Assembly (NCBI GenBank): GCA_016213085.1
Contig: JACRBU010000051.1
Span: 1-38,991, forward strand
DNA length: 38,991 nucleotides
From: Coriobacteriales bacterium
GTDB lineage: Bacteria; Actinomycetota; Coriobacteriia; Anaerosomatales; JACRBU01
Direction: 5' to 3'
Part shown: positions 17,069-26,600 of the stretch, piece after piece
How the letters are laid out: each line of letters starts with the position of its first letter
Position numbering within the stretch: the first letter of the stretch is position 1
Position numbers and translations under genes: made by a program
Notes under the pieces: generated by a model
Told to the model about the DNA's origin: nothing
The model's database searches: none
What the model saw: only the letters and a program-made list of their open reading frames with translations

Positions 17069-19513
17069 ATGAGCCTGCTGCGGGGGACTGAGCGTTTGGC
17101 GCAGGCCGATCCTACGGGAGCGCCTCGGGCGCGTCTGAGCCTGCGCTGGCGCACCGTGGGCGCGGTCTTTCTCGTCGTTGCCGTCGGCGTTCTCGCAATC
17201 AACCTGCTGGGCTCCTTCTTCGGTTACCGGCTGGCTCGCACGAGCGATGAACGCGATGTGCTTCACGGGACGAGGGCCGCACGGGAGGCGCTCTCGCTTC
17301 AGGTCGAGCGCCTGGAGGTCACCGCGACCGACTGGGCGGAGTGGGACGATTCCTGGCAGTTCATGCACGACCTGTCGCCGAAGTATGTCGCTTCGAATCT
17401 CGGCGGCGACGTGTTCAGGACGGCCAGTCTGACTTCGATCCTCTACACCGACCTCGAAGATCGAACGGTGCTCGCGAAGTCGATCGACACGTCGACGCAG
17501 GAGCCGGTAGACACCGTGCAACCCCAACTGGTCGATCTGGCGAGAAGCCTGCCGAAGCGGGCCAGCAACAGCGAAGAGGACCGTTCGAGTGCAGGCCTGC
17601 TGGAGGCATCGCGCGACGTGTTGATGGTGGCGCGCAAGCGGATCCTGCGCAGCGATGGCAGCGGTCCTCCAGCAGGGACGCTCTACTTCGCGAAGGAAGT
17701 AGGAGCGACCGAGATCGGCGCCATGGAGCGCGTCACGAACACCACGACCAGGTTGTACGGGGCGCACGCTCCTGATCTGCCGCAAGACGTGTCCGAGGCC
17801 CGCGACGAGCTGCTAGGTGGCAACGGCGCTCCTATCGTACGGATGCTCGATCGCGACACGATCTCCGCTTACACGTTGCTCGACGGAATCGACGGAAAGC
17901 CCGCGGCGGTGCTCAAAGTGAGCATGGTCCCCGCAGCGTACCAAGCGACTTCGGAGTTCCTGAAGTGGACCTACGTCGCGCTGATCGGCTATGGACTGCT
18001 CACCATGTTGGCGCTCGGCCTGATGCTCAACCGTCCGTTGCTTTGGCGCCTGCAGCGCCTGCAGCAGGAACTCGACGCTGCCGGCTCCGTCGGCGACGCG
18101 AGCGTCAGGGTGACCGCCGACCGCAATGACGAGATCGGCTCGATCGCCTCAGGCGTGAACTCGATGCTCGAAGCGATCGAGCGCTCGGACGAGGAACAGC
18201 GGGAGCTCTCGTTCTTGGCGTCGCACGACCCGCTCACCCAGCTCGTGAACCGACGCCGATTCAGGGAGGAGTTCGAGCGCGAGTTCGACGAATCGGTGAG
18301 ACTTCAGCAGAAGGGGACGGTCCTCTGGATCGACATCGACCGATTCAAGCCCATCAACGACGAGTTCGGTCACGCGGTCGGTGACGAGTTCCTCATCCGC
18401 TTCGCCGACCTGCTTCGAACCGAATCGCGCAGTTACAGCACCCTGAGCCGTTTGGGCGGAGACGAGTTCGCGCTGATCCTGCCCCACGCCGACGAGTCCG
18501 TCGCCGAGGAGGTCGGCCGACGGATATGCGAGAGGCTTGCCGACGAAGAGTTCGTGTTCGACGGTCAAACGCTGGAGGTGACCTGCAGCATCGGCGTGGC
18601 GGAGTATCCCGCCGACGGTGACAATCCCGACGAGGTCATCGAGCATGCGGACCTCGCGATGTACACCGCGAAGGCCCGAGGCGGGAACGCCATCTCGACG
18701 TACTCTGCCGCGGGTGAAGCCGCTCTTGCGCCGACACGCCGGGCGGTGTGGGCGAACCGCATCACGAAGGCGATGCGCGACGGTCGTCTCACGCTCAACG
18801 TAATGCCGACCGTTCACGTGGCCGACGGCGAGCCCGGTCCCTACGAGCTGATGCTCTCGATGCGTGACGAGGACGGCGCGACGATACCGACGCCCACGGT
18901 CATCTCGGCAGCGGAGCACACGGGGCTGAGCAAGGAACTCGATCGTTGGACGCTCAATCGAGCCGTAGCCATGCTGGCCGAGGAGCGATCGAAAGGGCGA
19001 ACGCCGAGCTTCAGCGTCAATGTCTCGGCGTCCGCGCTCTCTGACCAGCAGCTACCCCAGACGCTCGCTCGAAGCCTGGACGTGGCCGGAGTCGAGCCAG
19101 CGCAGCTCGTCATCGAGGTCAGCGAGGCCGCTGCGCTCGCAGACATCCCCCGCCTGCAGAACTTCATACGGGAGATGAAGGCCGTCGGATGCAGGATCAC
19201 GCTCGACCGGTTCGGCTCCGGAGCCTCGAGCTTCCTGTACCTGCGCCGACTCGATCTCGATTTCCTCAAGATCGATGGCGTCCTGGTGCGGAGCCTGCGC
19301 ACCGCACGCGCCGACCGCTACTTCGTCAGGGCGATCGTGGACATCTGCAGGGGCCTCGACATCCAGACGGTCGCCGAGTTCGTCGAAGACGAGGACCTCC
19401 TCGCCGCCGTTCGCGAAGAAGGCGTCGATTACGCGCAGGGCACCGAGGTCGGTGACATCCAGTCGATCGAGTCTCTCAAGAGGGATGGGACGCCGAGGGA
19501 GGACCTTCCCTAG
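17069..19513 (+). CDS. Membrane CHASE4-HAMP-GGDEF-EAL protein, paralogue 1, EAL degenerate
   Basis: TM, CHASE4 (DWAEWDDSWQF), TM, HAMP (DEIG), HDPLTQL, SRLGGDEF. EAL region reads ELMLSM and LDRFG. Confidence 0.9.
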   Translation: MSLLRGTERLAQADPTGAPRARLSLRWRTVGAVFLVVAVGVLAINLLGSFFGYRLARTSDERDVLHGTRAAREALSLQVERLEVTATDWAEWDDSWQFMHDLSPKYVASNLGGDVFRTASLTSILYTDLEDRTVLAKSIDTSTQEPVDTVQPQLVDLARSLPKRASNSEEDRSSAGLLEASRDVLMVARKRILRSDGSGPPAGTLYFAKEVGATEIGAMERVTNTTTRLYGAHAPDLPQDVSEARDELLGGNGAPIVRMLDRDTISAYTLLDGIDGKPAAVLKVSMVPAAYQATSEFLKWTYVALIGYGLLTMLALGLMLNRPLLWRLQRLQQELDAAGSVGDASVRVTADRNDEIGSIASGVNSMLEAIERSDEEQRELSFLASHDPLTQLVNRRRFREEFEREFDESVRLQQKGTVLWIDIDRFKPINDEFGHAVGDEFLIRFADLLRTESRSYSTLSRLGGDEFALILPHADESVAEEVGRRICERLADEEFVFDGQTLEVTCSIGVAEYPADGDNPDEVIEHADLAMYTAKARGGNAISTYSAAGEAALAPTRRAVWANRITKAMRDGRLTLNVMPTVHVADGEPGPYELMLSMRDEDGATIPTPTVISAAEHTGLSKELDRWTLNRAVAMLAEERSKGRTPSFSVNVSASALSDQQLPQTLARSLDVAGVEPAQLVIEVSEAAALADIPRLQNFIREMKAVGCRITLDRFGSGASSFLYLRRLDLDFLKIDGVLVRSLRTARADRYFVRAIVDICRGLDIQTVAEFVEDEDLLAAVREEGVDYAQGTEVGDIQSIESLKRDGTPREDLP

Positions 19514-19641
19514 TCGCTTGCGTTCGGTCCACACGGCACCTGTCTCTGGGTCGCGGTCTCCGCCTCTGGCGACCTCGCGGACGATGTGGCCGAGCTCGCG
19601 TCGGGTATGAGACGTCAGAGGCCCGATTGGGGGGCAGGCTG

Positions 19642-22095
19642 ATGAGGGGATCAGCTCGGGCGTCAAGCCAACCCGATCCTGCGACGCCGGTCCGGAGGAA
19701 GAGGAGACTTCGGAGTCTGCGGTGGCGCACATCCAGCGCTGTCATCCTGGTCCTTGCCGTAGGGATCCTGTTCGTCAACGTCGCCGGTTCGTTCTTCGGC
19801 TTCGGTATGGCCAAGGAAAGGGACCGTCAAGAGGTGATCGACGCGATGAGAGCCGCGAAGGTCGCGCTCTCGCTGCAGGTGGAGCACCTCGACACTACGG
19901 CCACGGACTGGTCGGTCTGGGACGACAGCGTCGACTTCGTCCGCACCCGCTCCCGAGGCTTCGTCGAAACCAACCTCAATGACGAGTCCTTTCACAACGC
20001 GGGCGTCACGGCGATGGTGTTCACCGATGCGCGCGGCGATGTCGTATTCGCGAAAGCGGTGAGTCCCGAAGGCGACGTCGCCGTCGACGTCCCCCAGGAG
20101 CTTCTCGCCTTGGCCGGCGATCACGCCGCGCAGCTCGTGGCCAACGAGGATGGTGGAGCTTCGTCAGGACTGCTGGAAACGGCCGACGGCGTGTTGCTCG
20201 TCGCCGAGCGCCAGATACTCCCGAGCGACGGCGCGGGGCCCTCAGCGGGTGCTCTCCTCATGGCCAAGCACGTGGGGGTCGCCGAGCTGAGTGCGATGCA
20301 GCGCGTCACGAACAACGCGGTCGTCCTCTTCCCCGTGCACTCTGCAGAGCTTCCCGGCGATGTGGCCGCTGCCAGACGTGAGCTCCGGGTCTCACCCGGG
20401 CAGATCGTTGTGAACCAGGAGGGAACCGAGACGATCTCGGCCTACTCGCTGCTGGAGGGCATCCATGGCGCGCCCGCGGCGATCATCAGAGTCAGCCGGG
20501 CGCCCCGTTCGCTCCAGGCCGCCCGCACCTACATCCGGTGGACGTATGCGGGACTCATCGCCTTCGGCCTCCTGACGGTCGTGGCCATCGGCGTCGTGCT
20601 CGATCGGCCGCTTCTCGGCCGACTCACTCGGCTCCAGGAGGAAGTGGAGTCGGCGAGCGCGACCGGCGACTCGGGCGCCAGGGTCACCGTCGATGGCGAA
20701 GATGAGATCCGGGATCTCGCCGTCGGCGTCAACGACATGCTCGAGGCGATCCAGCGCTCCGAGCGAGAACAGGCGGAACTCGGCTTCCTGGCGGCTCACG
20801 ACCCGCTTACCCAGCTCCTGAATCGCCGGAGATTCGAAGAGGAGTTCGAGCGCGAGCTTGACGAGGCGAAGCGGCTGGGGGACTCGGGGACGGTCGTCTG
20901 GATGGACATCGACCACTTCAAGAACATCAACGACGCGCTCGGTCACGGTGCGGGCGACGACCTGCTCGTGGCCTTCGGCGATCTGCTCAAGCGGGAATCG
21001 CGCAGCTACAACACGCTCAGCCGACTGGGCGGGGACGAGTTCGCGCTGCTGTTGCCGCACTCTACCGAGTCGGCTGCCCTCGAGTTCGCCCGCAGGTTTG
21101 CGTTGCGCCTCGCCGTCGAGGAGTTCGAAGCGGCCGGCCATTCGGTGAAGATCGCCTGCAGCTTCGGCATCGTCGAGTACCCGAGGGACGGGGACTCGGT
21201 CGAGGAGCTGATGAAGCACGCCGATATCGCCCTGTATCGCGCCAAGGAGTGCGGCAGGGGGCGTGTGGAACCCTACTCGTGCGTGGAGGCTGACGCTGTC
21301 GGTCCGACGTGCACGGTGGACTGGGCAGCACGCATCAGCGACGCGATGCATCACGGTCGGCTCGTGCTCCACGCGATGCCGACACGTCGGGTTGCGGATG
21401 GTGACACCGGGCCGTACGAACTGCTGCTTCGGATGACCGACGACCAGGGAAACGTCGTTCCGGTGAACGCGATCGTGGCCGGTGCCGAACGAACGGGGAT
21501 CATCCGCGACCTCGACCGATGGGTGATCCACCGCGCCGTCGAGATGCTTGCGCACGAGCGGGAGATCGGGCATGACACTTCGTTCTCCATCAACATCTCG
21601 TCGTCAGCTCTCTCCGACAACGACCTTCCGATCATCCTCAAAGACGCCATCGAGCAGGCGAATGTCGATCCGTCGAGGCTCATCATCGAGATCGGTGAAA
21701 CCGCGGCGCTGGGTGACATCCCGAGGGCGCAGCGCTTCATCACGGCGGTCAAGGAGGTAGGCTGCGGGTTCTCGCTGGACGGGTTCGGCTCGGGAGCCTC
21801 GAACTTCCTGTACCTTCGCAAGCTCCCGATCGATTTCCTCAAGATCGACGGGGTGCTCGTCCGCAGCCTATGCACCGCGCGGGCCGACCGCTACTTCATC
21901 CGGGCGATCGTGGACATGTGCAAGGCGCTCGACATCAAGACGGTCGCGGAGTTCGTCGAGGACGAGAGCCTGCTGGCTGCGATCAAGACCGCAGGCGTCG
22001 ACTACGCCCAGGGCTTCGAGATCGGTGAGGCCGAGCCGCTCGAGCGCTACGTGGACGGTCCTGAGCAGGAGTTTCGCGATCCTGAGGCTACGTGA
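19642..22095 (+). CDS. Membrane CHASE4-HAMP-GGDEF-EAL protein, paralogue 2
   Basis: DWSVWDDSVDF, HAMP, SRLGGDEF, ELLLRM and LDGFG. Collinear with paralogue 1. Confidence 0.9.
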   Translation: MRGSARASSQPDPATPVRRKRRLRSLRWRTSSAVILVLAVGILFVNVAGSFFGFGMAKERDRQEVIDAMRAAKVALSLQVEHLDTTATDWSVWDDSVDFVRTRSRGFVETNLNDESFHNAGVTAMVFTDARGDVVFAKAVSPEGDVAVDVPQELLALAGDHAAQLVANEDGGASSGLLETADGVLLVAERQILPSDGAGPSAGALLMAKHVGVAELSAMQRVTNNAVVLFPVHSAELPGDVAAARRELRVSPGQIVVNQEGTETISAYSLLEGIHGAPAAIIRVSRAPRSLQAARTYIRWTYAGLIAFGLLTVVAIGVVLDRPLLGRLTRLQEEVESASATGDSGARVTVDGEDEIRDLAVGVNDMLEAIQRSEREQAELGFLAAHDPLTQLLNRRRFEEEFERELDEAKRLGDSGTVVWMDIDHFKNINDALGHGAGDDLLVAFGDLLKRESRSYNTLSRLGGDEFALLLPHSTESAALEFARRFALRLAVEEFEAAGHSVKIACSFGIVEYPRDGDSVEELMKHADIALYRAKECGRGRVEPYSCVEADAVGPTCTVDWAARISDAMHHGRLVLHAMPTRRVADGDTGPYELLLRMTDDQGNVVPVNAIVAGAERTGIIRDLDRWVIHRAVEMLAHEREIGHDTSFSINISSSALSDNDLPIILKDAIEQANVDPSRLIIEIGETAALGDIPRAQRFITAVKEVGCGFSLDGFGSGASNFLYLRKLPIDFLKIDGVLVRSLCTARADRYFIRAIVDMCKALDIKTVAEFVEDESLLAAIKTAGVDYAQGFEIGEAEPLERYVDGPEQEFRDPEAT

Positions 22096-22198
22096 GCCCA
22101 TTCAGGTGTGAGGATTGCTACCCTTTCCCCAAAGCGTCCTCTCGCGCGTGCCGGCGTGCTTCGGGCGAAGACATGCTACGCCCCTGAAGGAGCATGCG

Positions 22199-24202
22199 GT
22201 GAAGTATCACTCGAAGCACCTCGGTGCCGACATCGCCGGCAAGGAAGACGCGCAGCGGCTGGCCCCGAATCCTGCGGCCGCCGAGATGATCGGGCACCTC
22301 GACGAGTGCGGCATCGAGACCGTCCTCGACCGCTTCGAAGCTCAGCAGCCACAATGCGGGTTCGGTCTCCGCGGGCTCTGCTGCCGGATGTGCCAGTGGG
22401 GACCCTGCAAGATCACCGCGAAGAGCCCGCGCGGCGTCTGCGGCCGCACGATGGAGCTCATCGTCATGGCCAATCTGCTGCGCGCCGCCGCTGCCGGGGC
22501 TTCGGCTCAGGCCATCCACGCGCACGACATGATCCTCACGCTCCTCGGCGTCTCTCGCGGCGAGATCACCCTCGACATGAAGGGATCGAATCGGCTGCGT
22601 GACGTCGGCTACGCCATGAACGTCGCCTTCTCCTGGTCGCCCCTCGAGGAGATCGCCGAGAAGGTCGCCGAGGTGATGCTTGAGGACCTCTCACGGATGA
22701 CCGACGGTGACATGCGCGGCCTGAAGGCCTTCGCCCCGAAAGAACGGCGGGCCGCCTGGGCCGAGCTCGGCGTCCTGCCGCGCTCGGCGAGCTTCGAGGT
22801 GCTCGAAGCGATGCACATGACGACCATGGGCGCCTGCTCGGACGATCGCGCGATGTTCCTGCAGGCGCTGCGAACGTCGCTCGCATACGCGTACTCAGGC
22901 CTCGTCACGTCCTCGGTCGTCTCCGACATCCTCTTCGGCGTCCCTGAACCCGTCGAGGCCGAGGTCAACTACGGAGTCCTCAAGCCGGACCACGTGAACA
23001 TCCTCGTGCACGGGCACTCGCCGGTCATGCTCGAGAAGATCCTCGAGAAGGTCGAGGCGCCCGAGATCAAGGAGTTTGCGCGCGAGACGGGCGCCGCCGG
23101 CATCCTGGTCGGCGGCATGTGCTGCACGGGGCATGAGGCGCTGTCGCGACATGGCGTCCCTACCGTCACCGGAGCCATGGGCCAGGAGCTCATCGTCGGA
23201 ACGGGGGCCGTGGACGCGGTCGTCGTCGACATGCAGTGCGTGCTGCCCGGCATGCAGGCGGTCGCCGAGTGCTTCGGCACCGAGATCGTGACGACGTGCC
23301 GCTCGAACCGCATCCCCGGCGCCACGCACGTGCCATTCGACCCGGAGCATCCCGAGACGCTCGACGAGGACGCCGTGCGTGTCGTTCGGATGGCGATCGA
23401 GGCCTTCGGCAACCGGGACCGGACACAGATCCACATCCCCGAGTACACGACGAAGGTGATGACGGGCTTCACGCGCGAGAGCGTGTTCGAGTCCTTCGGC
23501 AGCGTGCGCAAGATGGTTCCGCGCATCGCCGAGGGGGAGGTTCGCGGCATCGTCGCGATGGTCGGTTGCTCGACGCCCAAGGCGGGCTACGAGACCGCGC
23601 ACGTCGAGATCGCTCGCGAGCTCGTTTCGCAGGGGATCCTCGTGCTCGCGTCGGGTTGCTCGGCGCACGCGATGCTCAACGCGGGGCTGTGCTCTCCGGA
23701 GGCCGCCAAGGACGCCGCTCCCGGGCTGAGAGCTGCCTGCGAGGCGGCGGGCATACCGCCGGTGCTTGTGGTGGGCAGCTGCTCGGACAACACGCGCATC
23801 ATCCAGGTGTTCGCCGGGCTCGCGCACGAAGCGCGGCTCGCCCTGCCGCAGATGCCGTTCGTGGTGAGTGGCCCCGAGCTTGCCAACGAGAAGACCATCG
23901 GACAGATGCTCGCCGTGCTCGCGCACGGCCTCACGACGGTCGTCGGGCTCACGCCGTCGCTTCCGATACCGGCCCTCGGGCCGTCGGTCGAGGCCGCTGA
24001 CGCGGGTTCGACGCCGAACCGCAACTCGATGGTCGACTTCTTCTGCGACGAGGGACTGCCCTCGCTCGTCGGGTCGCGACTCGTGGTCGAGCCGGTTCCT
24101 TCGCGCGCGGCGCTCGCGATCGTCAGCATCATCGACGAGAAGCGGAGCGCGTTGGGCTGGACGACTGCAGCCGAGTCGGCTGCATCCCTAGCCGACAAGT
24201 AG
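22199..24202 (+). CDS. cooS: Ni,Fe carbon monoxide dehydrogenase catalytic subunit (CooS) homologue, divergent
   Basis: D- and B-cluster Cys in PQCGFG..GLCCRMCQWGPC...VCG. C-cluster ligands in HGH, GMCCTG, DMQC, VGC, SGC and GSC.DN, plus EK. GTG 22199 after RBS GAAGGAG. Confidence 0.92.
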   Translation: MKYHSKHLGADIAGKEDAQRLAPNPAAAEMIGHLDECGIETVLDRFEAQQPQCGFGLRGLCCRMCQWGPCKITAKSPRGVCGRTMELIVMANLLRAAAAGASAQAIHAHDMILTLLGVSRGEITLDMKGSNRLRDVGYAMNVAFSWSPLEEIAEKVAEVMLEDLSRMTDGDMRGLKAFAPKERRAAWAELGVLPRSASFEVLEAMHMTTMGACSDDRAMFLQALRTSLAYAYSGLVTSSVVSDILFGVPEPVEAEVNYGVLKPDHVNILVHGHSPVMLEKILEKVEAPEIKEFARETGAAGILVGGMCCTGHEALSRHGVPTVTGAMGQELIVGTGAVDAVVVDMQCVLPGMQAVAECFGTEIVTTCRSNRIPGATHVPFDPEHPETLDEDAVRVVRMAIEAFGNRDRTQIHIPEYTTKVMTGFTRESVFESFGSVRKMVPRIAEGEVRGIVAMVGCSTPKAGYETAHVEIARELVSQGILVLASGCSAHAMLNAGLCSPEAAKDAAPGLRAACEAAGIPPVLVVGSCSDNTRIIQVFAGLAHEARLALPQMPFVVSGPELANEKTIGQMLAVLAHGLTTVVGLTPSLPIPALGPSVEAADAGSTPNRNSMVDFFCDEGLPSLVGSRLVVEPVPSRAALAIVSIIDEKRSALGWTTAAESAASLADK

Positions 24203-24232
24203 CCGCGATGCCCTTCCGGGTATCAGAAGGGC

Positions 24233-25888
24233 ATGAGCGTACGAACTCGGGCGATTGGCGCAGTGGTTCTTACCGTCTTGGCGACTCTCGCCGTTCTATT
24301 CGCGTTGGGCTACGCCGTAGGCATCCGCAACCCCAGACTGCTCTCCCGCGAGGCGATCGCGATGGCGGGAGTCGGCCTTGCCATCATCGCCGGTCTCGGA
24401 CTGGCTCTCCACGGCCCGCTGCTGAGCCGACTGATTCGGCTGAGCAACGAACTCACCGAGGCTCGCAATCTCGCCGACCCGAGCGTTCGCGTGACCGTCG
24501 ACGGAAGCGACGAGATCGGCTCCATCGCATCGGGCATCAACGATATGCTCGACGCCATACAGCGCTCGGAGCAATCGCTCGCGTTCCTGGCCTCTCACGA
24601 CCCGCTGACGCAACTCGTGAACAGACGGCGCTTCGAGGAGGAGTTGACGAGAGAGTGCCGTGAGGCGAGCCGGCTCGAGAGTCACGGGGCCCTGCTCTGG
24701 ATGGACATCGACAGCTTCAAGGCGATCAATGACGGGCTCGGGCACGCCACAGGCGATGAGCTTCTCGTGCAGTTCAGTCGGGCCCTGGTCTCCGGGGTGC
24801 GAAGCTATAGCACCGTGGCTCGCCTGGGGGGCGACGAGTTCGCCATCGTGCTCCCGCACGCCGGCGAGGACTCCGCGATGAGCGTGGCGAATCGGCTCTC
24901 CGCGAGGCTGCTCGATGAGCCGTTCTCCATCGACGGTCACGCGATCCAGGTGACGGCAAGCATCGGCGTCGTGCTCTACCCGCAGGACGGCACCTCGATC
25001 GAGGAGCTCATGGCACGGGCCGACCTCGCCATGTACGAAGCCAAGGAGGGCGGGCGCGGACGGATCTCGGTGTATTCCGGTGCCAACACCAGCCCTGGGG
25101 AGATGGCTCGAAACGTCGCATGGGTCGACCGCATCACCACCGCCCTGCGCGAGGACCGCTTCGACCTGCATGCGATGCCCATCCGTCGTCTCGCGAACGG
25201 CAGCGACGGTCCCTATGAGCTGCTGCTCCGCCTTCGCGGCGATGACGGCGAGTTCGTATCTCCGACGCGAGTGGTCGCAGCCGCCGAGAAGGTGGGGCTC
25301 GTCCAGGAGATCGATCACTGGGTGCTCACGAGAGCGATTCGCATGCTTGCCGACGAACGGGCACAGGGGCGCGACACCTCGTTCAGCGTCAACCTCTCGT
25401 CCCGCGCTCTGCACGACCCCGATCTTCTGAACGTGATCGGTGCAGAGCTTGCGGCCACCGGCATCGATCCGAGCAGGCTGGTGCTCGAGGTGAGCGAGTC
25501 GGCCACAGTTGCCAACATCCCGCACACCCAGGAGTTCATCGCGGGAATCAAGGAACTCGGCTGCCGATTCCTTGTGGACGACTTCGGCGCGGGCGCTTCG
25601 TCCTTCATGTACCTGCGGCAGCTCCCGGTCGACTTCCTCAAGATCGATGGTGCGCTCGTCCGGAATCTCGTGACCCGCCACACCGACAAGCACTTCATCA
25701 GGGCGATCGTCGAGATGTGCCGCGGTCTGGACATCCAGACGGTGGCCGAGTTCGTGGAGAACCCGGAGCTCCTCGAGGCGATCGGCGACCAAGGCGTCGA
25801 TTTTGCGCAGGGCTACGAGATCGGCGAACCGGAGCCCTGGGACGTCTACGCGGCCTCACTGCCTGTCGTGTACAGTGATAGCGCGTAG
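24233..25888 (+). CDS. Membrane HAMP-GGDEF-EAL protein, paralogue 3, no CHASE4, EAL motifs intact
   Basis: Two adjacent TM helices, HAMP, ARLGGDEF, ELLLRL, VDDFGAG, KID, AEFVE and QG. Confidence 0.92.
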   Translation: MSVRTRAIGAVVLTVLATLAVLFALGYAVGIRNPRLLSREAIAMAGVGLAIIAGLGLALHGPLLSRLIRLSNELTEARNLADPSVRVTVDGSDEIGSIASGINDMLDAIQRSEQSLAFLASHDPLTQLVNRRRFEEELTRECREASRLESHGALLWMDIDSFKAINDGLGHATGDELLVQFSRALVSGVRSYSTVARLGGDEFAIVLPHAGEDSAMSVANRLSARLLDEPFSIDGHAIQVTASIGVVLYPQDGTSIEELMARADLAMYEAKEGGRGRISVYSGANTSPGEMARNVAWVDRITTALREDRFDLHAMPIRRLANGSDGPYELLLRLRGDDGEFVSPTRVVAAAEKVGLVQEIDHWVLTRAIRMLADERAQGRDTSFSVNLSSRALHDPDLLNVIGAELAATGIDPSRLVLEVSESATVANIPHTQEFIAGIKELGCRFLVDDFGAGASSFMYLRQLPVDFLKIDGALVRNLVTRHTDKHFIRAIVEMCRGLDIQTVAEFVENPELLEAIGDQGVDFAQGYEIGEPEPWDVYAASLPVVYSDSA

Positions 25889-25890
25889 CG

Positions 25891-26412
25891 CTACTCGAAG
25901 TCGTCAGGGCTGATGTCGTCGGTGTAGCCGCCTGTCAGACAACTGATCGCGTGTTCCCTGCTGATGGAATCGCCGACGTCTTCGATGCCTACGCGCTCCC
26001 GAAGGTATGCGACATGAAGCCTGTCGTCGGCGTGGTGCTCGGTCACGATGTCGCCGAACTCGGCAGGCAGGTCCGTGTGTTCGGCGGCGTCGTAGAGCAC
26101 GGAGTTGAACTGCTCGGCCAAGAGAAGACCTTGGAGCGCGGTGTTCAGCGAGCCTGATCCGTCCACCATCCGTCGGTACTCGTCGGCCATCTCCGGCACG
26201 TCACCGGTCGGCTGTTCCGGCTCGATGTCGAGCGTCTCGCACAACCCGGTGATCGCCGAGACGTGGTCCTCATGGTCCTTCTGGAAGCCCTTGAGTGTCT
26301 GGGCGAGCTCGCTCTCGTGCGCACCCAGGATGCCCTTGTACAGCGAAGCGGTTTCGGCCTCGACGTACTTCAGGGTACCAAGAACCGATGCGATCTCCCT
26401 GTTGTTCGCCAT
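25891..26412 (-). CDS. Ferritin-like four-helix-bundle protein
   Basis: Di-iron-like pattern VEAET..Y, DHEDH, AEQ..Y and DDRLH. ATG 26412 after RBS AGGAG. Confidence 0.75.
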   Translation of the reverse strand: MANNREIASVLGTLKYVEAETASLYKGILGAHESELAQTLKGFQKDHEDHVSAITGLCETLDIEPEQPTGDVPEMADEYRRMVDGSGSLNTALQGLLLAEQFNSVLYDAAEHTDLPAEFGDIVTEHHADDRLHVAYLRERVGIEDVGDSISREHAISCLTGGYTDDISPDDFE

Positions 26413-26600
26413 GGTGGCTCCTATCCGTGGCTCTGCGTGGCGCGGCAAGTGCGGCATCGTTTAGTGGTGCATACCCCGCTCGAGCGCCGCACGCGAGCCG
26501 GCCTCGATCGCGCCCGCCTTCGCTCCGGATGGCCCGCCCGCGGAATCGGCGGTTCGACGCGGCGGGTACACAGGACGAAAGCTGACGTGCACGGGCAGGG

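Noticed and set aside
22199-24202. Hybrid-cluster protein (Hcp) or ACS-associated CODH
   Set aside because: The D-cluster Cys pair and six C-cluster ligands match CooS rather than Hcp, and no acs genes are present.
17069-25888. Repeated DNA among GGDEF-EAL genes as an assembly artefact or mobile repeat
   Set aside because: The copies are clearly diverged at nucleotide and protein level and differ in domain content, so they are old paralogues.
25891-25960. Ferritin-like C-terminal tail as an encapsulin cargo-loading peptide
   Set aside because: There is no LxVGSL/LGIGSL-like motif and no encapsulin gene in the window.
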